IMG/VR virus record: IMGVR_UViG_3300034072_001021
Coordinates: 1 to 64,000 of that record
Length of the DNA: 64,000 bases
Reading direction: 5' to 3' (one strand)
Made by a program: the position numbers and the translations under genes. A model generated the notes under the pieces. The model was not told where the DNA came from, made no database searches, and worked only from the letters and a program-made list of their open reading frames with translations. Positions 55,153-62,289 of this stretch are shown one piece after another (the stretch's first letter is position 1; the number at the start of each line of letters is the position of its first letter).

Positions 55153-55827
55153 ATGAGCAAAGAAAATGCAATTGCCCTGGGCGTAGCTGTGGGTGCTGTT
55201 GTTCTGGGCGGTCTGGGTATCCGGGCTTTCCGTAATCGTCAGTTGAAGAAGGCTGCAGCCAACGCAATGGCAACTGCCATGGCCAACTCGACACCTCAAG
55301 AGCGTGCCGCTGTTGTCCAAGCTGTAACTCGGCCTGCGCCGGCACCGGCTCCCAAGGAAGTCGTTCAGGAGCCAGTCAAGGCAGAAGAGCCTCAGGTTGA
55401 AGTCCAGCCTGAAGTTCCCGAAGTCGAAACCAACAATGAAACCATCATCGACAACGATGTAGTGATGCAGATCGTCACTGATCGGCAAGAGGAGATCACC
55501 TCGGTCTCTCGAATCCGTCTCCCGGAGGCAGGTGGTGCGCCTGTCTTCTGGGAAGCCGGTCAGCGTAAGATCCGTCGTCCTGAAGTCATCGCTCTCACTG
55601 AAGGTGATTTCGATGGAGGACGAAACGACTACGCTCGCGGATTCCATCACTGCACCCTGGACGGCGTAGCCGGTATCCTGCATGTCACCAAGAACAACTT
55701 CTCGGCCGTCATCATGACTGCCGATGGGGAGTTCCATGGTATCAGTACCAGCGCCGCTAAGTTCGGAGGTAAGAAGCTCAGCAATATCTCTGCTGAGCGT
55801 GCCAAAGTGTTCCTGAACGGGAACTGA
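55153..55827 (+). CDS. N-terminally membrane-anchored protein
   Basis: GAGG SD; NAIALGVAVGAVVLGGLGI TM segment; Pro/Glu-rich linker. Confidence 0.8.
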   Translation: MSKENAIALGVAVGAVVLGGLGIRAFRNRQLKKAAANAMATAMANSTPQERAAVVQAVTRPAPAPAPKEVVQEPVKAEEPQVEVQPEVPEVETNNETIIDNDVVMQIVTDRQEEITSVSRIRLPEAGGAPVFWEAGQRKIRRPEVIALTEGDFDGGRNDYARGFHHCTLDGVAGILHVTKNNFSAVIMTADGEFHGISTSAAKFGGKKLSNISAERAKVFLNGN

Positions 55828-55872
55828 CGGCATAGAGAGGAGGGCAACTGCCCTCCTCTCTTTCTTTTTTTT
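55828..55872. terminator. bidirectional terminator
   Basis: CGGCATA-GAGAGGAGGGC-AACT-GCCCTCCTCTC, then T-run; lies between convergent genes. Confidence 0.85.
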
Positions 55873-55876
55873 GTTT

Positions 55877-56347
55877 CTACCAGTTCATGGCCGATTTCTT
55901 GTGCTTGATGGACACTTTCTTACGACTGAGCCATTTCTTCAGATCGATCTGATCAGACTTGATAATGGCGTGTTTCTCAATGATACTGGTAGTCTTGAAC
56001 TCATTGTCCATACCGTTGTGAAGATTGTTCACCTTCACCCACTTGTGTTCGGGCAAGTTGCGGATATTGTAGAGGAAGACATCTAACTTGGAAAGGTCTT
56101 CCAGACTTGGGAGTTTGCCATCGAAGATGAAGACAAGTTCGCTGCCATGAGATTGGAACCGGCAGAGCTGGAACGTCTTCTCGACTACGGAGCAGAAACC
56201 TTGAGCAATGGCTTCTTCCATCACCGAGGAAGCGTACAGCCACTCGTTGGATTCTGTCTTATCCCACTCGACCTTGACACCCGTGTAATGGATGCCTGGT
56301 TTGAGTTCTTCTTGAAGATACCCAGATCCATGATAAAGAATGTGCAT
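55877..56347 (-). CDS. hypothetical protein, possible ADP-ribosyltransferase fold
   Basis: ILYHGS...LKPG ... WLYASS...A resembles ART/Arr beta1-beta2 motifs. Confidence 0.45.
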   Translation of the reverse strand: MHILYHGSGYLQEELKPGIHYTGVKVEWDKTESNEWLYASSVMEEAIAQGFCSVVEKTFQLCRFQSHGSELVFIFDGKLPSLEDLSKLDVFLYNIRNLPEHKWVKVNNLHNGMDNEFKTTSIIEKHAIIKSDQIDLKKWLSRKKVSIKHKKSAMNW

Positions 56348-56409
56348 GTCATTGCCCTGTAATTTAATAATGCCGACTCAGATCATGTAGAAGGTGACGA
56401 GTCTACACC

Positions 56410-56940
56410 ATGAAAAAGATGATTGTGATACGGGAAGGAGGACCACCTAATTCCCGTGAGCTGGACGACTACCTATACAATAGTGAAGTGACTCGTTCAG
56501 ATTTCATAGACATGACGCCTGTGTCTGAAGAAGCGTTTTACAAGGATGGCATGAGTATCCATGTATCCGATTGGGACGTGGTGTCTAAGGATGGTGATAA
56601 GTACGATCAATGGCATCTGATTGCCGATATCGAGACGATGTACAGTTTCGATGATCGTCGTTACAAAGCCATGTTAGTGTTGGAGAAGTATAGGTCTGCA
56701 CATTGCTCACCTGTCATTGTCTCCCACACCCCTACTTATTTTTTCTTTGTGTATCGCGTTAAGAAGAAAATATCTAACCTGATTAGCCAAAACCTCAAGG
56801 CCATCTTAGAGAGTTTTAATGGAGAGTGCTATGACTACGCGATTGACGAACAGTCTGTTGGATCTGTTGGCGTATCCATACAGGAAGAGGAAGATGCTGA
56901 AGACGCTCGAGAGATTCGTGAAAGAAAAGGTACTCGATGA
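56410..56940 (+). CDS. hypothetical protein
   Basis: 176-aa ORF divergent from 55877..56347. Confidence 0.65.
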   Translation: MKKMIVIREGGPPNSRELDDYLYNSEVTRSDFIDMTPVSEEAFYKDGMSIHVSDWDVVSKDGDKYDQWHLIADIETMYSFDDRRYKAMLVLEKYRSAHCSPVIVSHTPTYFFFVYRVKKKISNLISQNLKAILESFNGECYDYAIDEQSVGSVGVSIQEEEDAEDAREIRERKGTR

Positions 56941-57382
56941 ACGTACCTACTTCATGTTCATGGAAATCAAGACAGCATCAGGATCTGACTTTGCCAGAAT
57001 GTGTTTGATCAATGTCATCCGTGACATGATCGTGACTATGTACCGGCAACGTAACCTGGAATACGAATACTACACCGGTGGCATGGCTTTCCATGTAGAG
57101 TACTGGGTACGGAACATCGTTCTTTACCAGATGCCGACTATTACCAAGGGTTATCCGATATACATGTTCAAACACAAGTCTGGGGCATTTGCTAAGCGCA
57201 TTCTGTTTGCAGCAGGTGACCATGCAATGAACAGACTGAGCGATATGCCATCTACCCAGATGGATGTCGCTGATCTTGTTTGTAACCTGATGGGCATCAA
57301 GGGTAAAGAAGGTGTGATGCCGTTGGTGTTCTCTGATTCTGACCGATTTGCCAATCTATTTGAGCTTAAAGATGCAGCATAA
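56894..57382 (+). CDS. hypothetical protein
   Basis: GAGG SD before ATG 56894. Confidence 0.7.
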   Translation: MLKTLERFVKEKVLDERTYFMFMEIKTASGSDFARMCLINVIRDMIVTMYRQRNLEYEYYTGGMAFHVEYWVRNIVLYQMPTITKGYPIYMFKHKSGAFAKRILFAAGDHAMNRLSDMPSTQMDVADLVCNLMGIKGKEGVMPLVFSDSDRFANLFELKDAA

Positions 57383-57436
57383 TCCGATTATATGACGGAC
57401 AGTGTGTCCTCATTCCAACTCAAAGGAACTACATCT

Positions 57437-57841
57437 ATGACGACCCAGTCGACTGCGGCTAAGAAGCCGGCAGCCAAGAAACCAGCTGCGAAGAAACCCG
57501 TTGCCAAGAAACCGGTCGCTTCCATCAAAGTACCGACCACCGCGTCGGCAAAAGCCGCTCCAGTAAAGAAGGCTGCTGCTGCCAAGCCGGTGGCTAAGAA
57601 GCCTGCTGTGAAGAAGACCTCGCCGGCCAAGGTGAAAGGCCCGGCTCCGTTCAGCCTCCTGTCGGAAGAGATCGAGAAGTTGGCCAAGTCCATCGTCGAA
57701 GCCGAGGGTCGTACCGAGACCCTGGGCGGTCGCATCACCAAGGCTCAGAAAGAAGTCCTGGCTAAAGAAGCCAAGCGTCTCGGTGTCAAGCCCGCTCAAC
57801 TGTCGGCTGCCATCGTGATCGCGTATCTGTCGCGCCTGTGA
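57437..57841 (+). CDS. histone H1/AlgP-like Lys-Ala-Pro-repeat DNA-binding protein
   Basis: AAKKPAAKKPAAKKPVAKKPVA...KPVAKKPAVKK plus a short helical C-terminal domain; AAGGA SD; extreme codon bias. Confidence 0.7.
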   Translation: MTTQSTAAKKPAAKKPAAKKPVAKKPVASIKVPTTASAKAAPVKKAAAAKPVAKKPAVKKTSPAKVKGPAPFSLLSEEIEKLAKSIVEAEGRTETLGGRITKAQKEVLAKEAKRLGVKPAQLSAAIVIAYLSRL

Positions 57842-57850
57842 TAGTGCCTG

Positions 57851-57886
57851 TAGAGAGCCGTCCATATGGACGGCTCTCTATGCCGC
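57851..57886 (+). terminator. conserved-arm stem-loop
   Basis: TAGAGAGCCGTCC-ATAT-GGACGGCTCTCTA-TGCCG. Confidence 0.75.
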
Positions 57887-57921
57887 TTTACTATGAGTAA
57901 ATCCATTAAGGAGTATTCCAC

Positions 57922-58434
57922 ATGGGTGGGATTTTTAGCGCACTGGGATTGAAAGCCAAGATCGCAGTGCTGATCGTTATTGCTGCCATTGTGGGCGGGT
58001 TGATCTTCTGGGTGAATTGGTCTGCAGGCAAGATTGCAGAAGTCACTCAGCTGAATGAAACCATCACGCAGCAGAAGAAAACCATCGAAGATCTCCGTAA
58101 GGAAATCAAAGACTACACCACGCGTAAAGAGGAATTGGACGTTGGGTTCAAAGAGATCGAAGACAGTCAAATCGATCTTCTCTGTGCTGCACGTGGCAAT
58201 TCAACCATCACGATTCCTGTCAAAGTACCGACCATCGTAGAAGTGGTCAAGTACGTCGACCGCAACACAGGCTGCCCGACTACTGATAAGGAAAAGACAG
58301 AACCCTACGATCCGAATGTATCAGTACTTCGTCCGACCAATGAGGCCATCTCACTCCAGACGCTGAACAACTCCTGGAAGGCTTACTGCCTGGCGACGAA
58401 CAACGAGGAAAAATCATGCGAACCCTTCCGATGA
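57922..58434 (+). CDS. inner-membrane spanin (Rz-like)
   Basis: N-terminal TM, periplasmic coiled coil, C-terminal Cys residues; overlaps a lipoprotein gene. Confidence 0.65.
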   Translation: MGGIFSALGLKAKIAVLIVIAAIVGGLIFWVNWSAGKIAEVTQLNETITQQKKTIEDLRKEIKDYTTRKEELDVGFKEIEDSQIDLLCAARGNSTITIPVKVPTIVEVVKYVDRNTGCPTTDKEKTEPYDPNVSVLRPTNEAISLQTLNNSWKAYCLATNNEEKSCEPFR

Positions 58435-58703
58435 CCGGTAAACCTGGTCGACCCTACCAAGATCTGGCAATCATTCTCATCCTGGTGGCAATTTTGTTCC
58501 TGCCCGGATGTGCTAACAAAGATTACCAGATGGTGCCTGAGTGCGAAGTAGCGGCTCCGCCAGATCCAGATCGATTTATCAAAGCTGGTGTGGATGAGCG
58601 ATTGGTGTTGATGACCAACTCCTATATCAAAGCATCCAAGTACGTGGGCGAGTGCAATAACCGTATCAAAGTGGTCAATGCTGCCAATAAATCAGCTGAA
58701 TAA
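58416..58703 (+). CDS. outer-membrane lipoprotein spanin (Rz1-like)
   Basis: LAIILILVAILFLPG-C lipobox-like signal, Pro-rich APPDP, further Cys residues. Confidence 0.65.
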   Translation: MRTLPMTGKPGRPYQDLAIILILVAILFLPGCANKDYQMVPECEVAAPPDPDRFIKAGVDERLVLMTNSYIKASKYVGECNNRIKVVNAANKSAE

Positions 58704-58733
58704 TAGAGGGAGGCTCAGGCCTCCCTCTATGCT
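58704..58733 (+). terminator. conserved-arm stem-loop
   Basis: TAGAGGGAGGC-TCAG-GCCTCCCTCTA-TGC; same stem as 54856 and 59429. Confidence 0.75.
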
Positions 58734-58767
58734 CGAATCCTATGTAACTATCTAAAGGATCACTTCC

Positions 58768-59427
58768 ATGAGCATTCGTAACACAATGGCTGCTGCAGAG
58801 CAGCGTAAACGACCAACTCTTCCTGAGGGGTTCGTTGGAGAGATTTCCTTTTCTGCGTTCATAGATCAGAATAGCTTAGAAACCCTTTCTGGATTTAATA
58901 CTGTGGCAACTGGCACCAGTCAAATTAACACTGGTTCCAATGCATGGCTTAAATTCAATATTGGTGGCAAAGAACTTTACGTTGCGAAGAAACCAATCCG
59001 GGCCGCCGTTAATGGAGAGAAGCTACAGTCAATCGGAGTTATTGACGGGGCCAAAATAATCACATTTGCTGGCAAACAGTACAAGATGCGTCTGCTAACT
59101 GGTACTGACAACATCTCTGACAATCCGCCTGCCCCAAACACTGCTCCTGGTGGAGAATGGGATTCTATCCTTGTTAGAGTACATGAGAGTCATCCGGCGG
59201 CTACACGCTGGGCAAGTTATTCGAGTGCTGATCTAGGGATGTTTAACGCAAACGGATCTAACGGGGTCGTTTGTATTTGTCAGGGCAAGTACGTTAGTGC
59301 CAACGGAATCACTACCGGTCGCTTCTGTAGGGGTTATCCAGATCCTGTAAGAGGAGTGTGGTATCTCCCGTACGGCGATGTCGGGAATGGTAACTACGGT
59401 TGGCGTCCTGTGTTGGAACGTATCTAA
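58768..59427 (+). CDS. virion structural protein, phiKZ gp131-family-like domain
   Basis: WLKF..GGKELYVAKKPIR ... GKQYKMRLLTG ... GGEW ... YGWRPVLE; TATG at 58741. Confidence 0.65.
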   Translation: MSIRNTMAAAEQRKRPTLPEGFVGEISFSAFIDQNSLETLSGFNTVATGTSQINTGSNAWLKFNIGGKELYVAKKPIRAAVNGEKLQSIGVIDGAKIITFAGKQYKMRLLTGTDNISDNPPAPNTAPGGEWDSILVRVHESHPAATRWASYSSADLGMFNANGSNGVVCICQGKYVSANGITTGRFCRGYPDPVRGVWYLPYGDVGNGNYGWRPVLERI

Positions 59428-59428
59428 T

Positions 59429-59546
59429 CATAGAGGGAGGCCAGAGCCTCCCTCTATGCCGAGTCGATTCCAATTTATTTTGACAATACATAGTGTCGGT
59501 GAATGGGAAGAAGAGTCTTCCTTTAACCAGTCCTCTGGAGGACATC
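59429..59546 (+). repeat. terminator-promoter-leader cassette, copy B
   Basis: Near-copy of 54856-54976. Confidence 0.7.
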
Positions 59547-59720
59547 ATGAGTATCGATCCGAAGAATGCAATCATTGCTGGATTGGGCGCCTGCCTTATC
59601 GTAGGCGGTTACCTGATCTACAATCGCAGTAAAGAGAATGACAAGAAGATGAAGGAGATGCAAGAGCGCGTCCAATCCCTCATCAAAGACGTACCTGAGA
59701 TCGTCAAACCGTCTCGTTAA
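59547..59720 (+). CDS. membrane mini-protein (57 aa)
   Basis: GGAGG SD; KNAIIAGLGACLIVGGYLIY TM segment, similar to the N-terminus of 55153..55827. Confidence 0.75.
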   Translation: MSIDPKNAIIAGLGACLIVGGYLIYNRSKENDKKMKEMQERVQSLIKDVPEIVKPSR

Positions 59721-59757
59721 GCAATACCCTAACCTAGCCCTAAGGAGGGCAAACATC

Positions 59758-59970
59758 ATGTTGTACAATAATGCCCTCTCTAAGAAGGTAGCTGAAAAAC
59801 GAGCCAGTATCGATGAGATGCTGGCTCCCCTTTATGCCGAAGCAGAATACCTGCTGGTAACCATTGAGGCTGACAAGAAAGAAGGTCTGGAAGTTAGCCT
59901 CCAGGACGAGCGTCACTACAGGATCGATGAACTGATGGATCAGATCAGCGACCTGATTAACCAGATCTAA
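59758..59970 (+). CDS. small helical hypothetical protein
   Basis: AAGGAGG SD. Confidence 0.7.
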   Translation: MLYNNALSKKVAEKRASIDEMLAPLYAEAEYLLVTIEADKKEGLEVSLQDERHYRIDELMDQISDLINQI

Positions 59971-59980
59971 GGAGATCACA

Positions 59981-60526
59981 ATGGGAATATCTGATTGGCT
60001 TGAAGACTATCATCCAGAGCGTCTGTCTATTGAAGAAGCTCTGGATATGGCCGGTGCAGCATATACTGGAATGTGGGCGTTGTCAGACAACCCCATTATT
60101 CCTAAGAAGCTACCACCCATGCCGAAACACTACGAAAAACTACTTGAGGAGTGTGATAAACGCGAACCTCAGATAGTGGGTAAATTCCGTAGTTTTGTTT
60201 CATGGCAGGAAGTCTTCAATCTAGTTGTTTCCATTAGCTACACGGACTACCGGAAAGCTTTCCAGAGAGCCCACAACTCGTTTGGTTACAATAACCTCGT
60301 AAACGTGGTTTCTTGCCACACTGGTGGAATCATCATCTCTACCATTCACGGACATCGAGAGATCGTGCGTGCTGAATTCGATGACGTGAGCAATTACCTT
60401 CTGATGATGGACGGTAGGAAGGTACGGGTCATTGATGGTGACGATGGCATTGAGCGTTTCTTCACTGTCCATGTTTCAGCTGACAGCAAAATCGTTGTCA
60501 TCAGCATCAGTCCTTTTAAAGACTGA
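59981..60526 (+). CDS. hypothetical protein
   Basis: AAGGAG SD, 181 aa. Confidence 0.75.
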   Translation: MGISDWLEDYHPERLSIEEALDMAGAAYTGMWALSDNPIIPKKLPPMPKHYEKLLEECDKREPQIVGKFRSFVSWQEVFNLVVSISYTDYRKAFQRAHNSFGYNNLVNVVSCHTGGIIISTIHGHREIVRAEFDDVSNYLLMMDGRKVRVIDGDDGIERFFTVHVSADSKIVVISISPFKD

Positions 60527-60553
60527 CCATTAACCACGACCTAAGGAGGTCAC

Positions 60554-61027
60554 ATGAAACTCAAATTCACTGACATCGAACATTTCGAAGAGATTCGAAA
60601 TGGTGCGGTTGCATACATGGAAGATGGTTTTCCAGAATGCGATCTGCGCATGGTTCCCATCGTAGCTGCTCTCAATGCCTGTGAATCCGTTGCGGTTCGT
60701 TGGTGTTGTGAGGGTCATCCGACTGGGACCTCTGAGAAGGATCACTTCTACGTAGCCATGGCAATCAAAGACCAGGTAGGTCTTGAATACGTGGTCGCCA
60801 TTTACGAGAAAGCGGTTGAGATCCTTTCCAAGAAATGGAATGACTACTTCATTGAGCTGAATACAGGTCATCTGTATTTCGATGATACGTCGTTGTGGCG
60901 TCGTTGGTGTATCGAAGGGTACATTGACACTGACGATAAGGAACCATATATCTCCAGTCTGGAGGAAGCCTGTCGTCTGGTGTCTGAAGAGCACCGTTAC
61001 GCTGAAAAGTCGTTCTCCCTAGCTTGA
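60554..61027 (+). CDS. hypothetical protein (weak TYW3-like D..I..LN...SC.GH pattern)
   Basis: AAGGAGG SD; DLRMVPIVAALN...RWCCEGH. Confidence 0.65.
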   Translation: MKLKFTDIEHFEEIRNGAVAYMEDGFPECDLRMVPIVAALNACESVAVRWCCEGHPTGTSEKDHFYVAMAIKDQVGLEYVVAIYEKAVEILSKKWNDYFIELNTGHLYFDDTSLWRRWCIEGYIDTDDKEPYISSLEEACRLVSEEHRYAEKSFSLA

Positions 61028-61065
61028 TCTGCAATACCCCTACCCAACTGCTTAAGGAGCAGAGC

Positions 61066-61707
61066 ATGTCGTATACTTTCGTCACCAACAACAACAAACT
61101 GGAAGAAGCTCGCAGCAACACCACCGAGCCCTTCAAGAACCTGTTCATCACCAAGATGGATAACGACGAAATCGGTTACGAAGTACAAGGTGACGTCATT
61201 GTCATCAAGTACGAGATGGTAGATGACGAGCGTTTCGTCATCCGTTCCAATCAGACCTACGAAGAGAACGGGTACATCACCCCGCTCCCTTCTCTGTTTG
61301 GGATGGCTGCTAAACTCCATGGTTGCAAGACTATGGTGATCGGTTCTTCTAAGTTCGCCATTGATGTAGCGGTGAACTCTGAGGAGTCTGAGTATGTAGC
61401 TGCTCGTGCTAAGGTCGGTTACGTCGAGTACCACCAATCGAACGGCGTTGTGTTCGAACTGGTTGGTAATCGCTACGTCGCCGTATCGAACAACATGATC
61501 AAGGCTATCCGTGATTCTTACGTAGCCAAAGGTCTGCACGGGATGATTCCCGAGAAGTACATGGTTCGCTTCCAAGTGGGTGACCGTTTCGTTTACAGTC
61601 ATCTGGCTAACGCATACCGCGATCCGCTGGTGGCACATTCCTTTAACCGTGAGATCCCGGAGAAACTCTGGGAGGATCTCAAAATGACCCTGTCGGGTCT
61701 GGAGTAA
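61066..61707 (+). CDS. hypothetical protein
   Basis: AAGGAG SD before ATG 61066. Confidence 0.8.
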   Translation: MSYTFVTNNNKLEEARSNTTEPFKNLFITKMDNDEIGYEVQGDVIVIKYEMVDDERFVIRSNQTYEENGYITPLPSLFGMAAKLHGCKTMVIGSSKFAIDVAVNSEESEYVAARAKVGYVEYHQSNGVVFELVGNRYVAVSNNMIKAIRDSYVAKGLHGMIPEKYMVRFQVGDRFVYSHLANAYRDPLVAHSFNREIPEKLWEDLKMTLSGLE

Positions 61708-61711
61708 CATC

Positions 61712-62014
61712 ATGTCGCAAGTAAACGTGTATCACCAAGAAGAAGGCCTGGTCTTCCGCAAGATCACTGCCGAGTCTGGCATCAGTTACATCGCTGTAGA
61801 CCTCGCCGATATCGGCGACGACAAGAGTGACCTGCTGGTACGTCACGGTGACCCTGAGAAGGGTTACTGTGGCTACTATCCGGTCAAGTTGCTGTACGCC
61901 GATCGTGGTGTGCGTCAACGTGCCGCTATCAAAGCTCGTAAACGCGCTCCCGGTGAGTATTGGGTGCGTCGTCAGCGTCAGGCTCTTGAAGAGTCTGGCT
62001 TCAAATACAACTGA
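61712..62014 (+). CDS. hypothetical protein
   Basis: GGAG SD, 100 aa. Confidence 0.75.
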   Translation: MSQVNVYHQEEGLVFRKITAESGISYIAVDLADIGDDKSDLLVRHGDPEKGYCGYYPVKLLYADRGVRQRAAIKARKRAPGEYWVRRQRQALEESGFKYN

Positions 62015-62024
62015 GGTATCAACG

Positions 62025-62237
62025 ATGTCCGAAGCACACATTGAAGCAATGGAAGTCCTCAAACGTAAGAAGCAAGAGTACCGTGCTACGCGTCAAGGAG
62101 TCCATCAATCCTCTGGCAGAACAACGGTGCATAATCCCAATGCAGTGGCCGAGTGTCAGCTCCTGCTTCTGGAGATCACCTATCTGGAAAGTCGGATACT
62201 CTCCTTGTCCAACATGGACTTGGACTTCATAGTCTGA
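62025..62237 (+). CDS. hypothetical protein
   Basis: GAGGT SD before ATG 62025 (3' part of the listed ORF 61827..62237). Confidence 0.6.
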   Translation: MSEAHIEAMEVLKRKKQEYRATRQGVHQSSGRTTVHNPNAVAECQLLLLEITYLESRILSLSNMDLDFIV

Positions 62238-62239
62238 CA

Positions 62240-62288
62240 CGGCATAGAGAGGAGCCCTAGGGCTCCCCTCTAGCTATTTCTTTTTTTG
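62240..62288. terminator. bidirectional terminator
   Basis: CGGCATAGAGAGGAGCCC-TA-GGGCTCC, then T-run; lies between convergent genes. Confidence 0.75.
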
Positions 62289-62289
62289 T

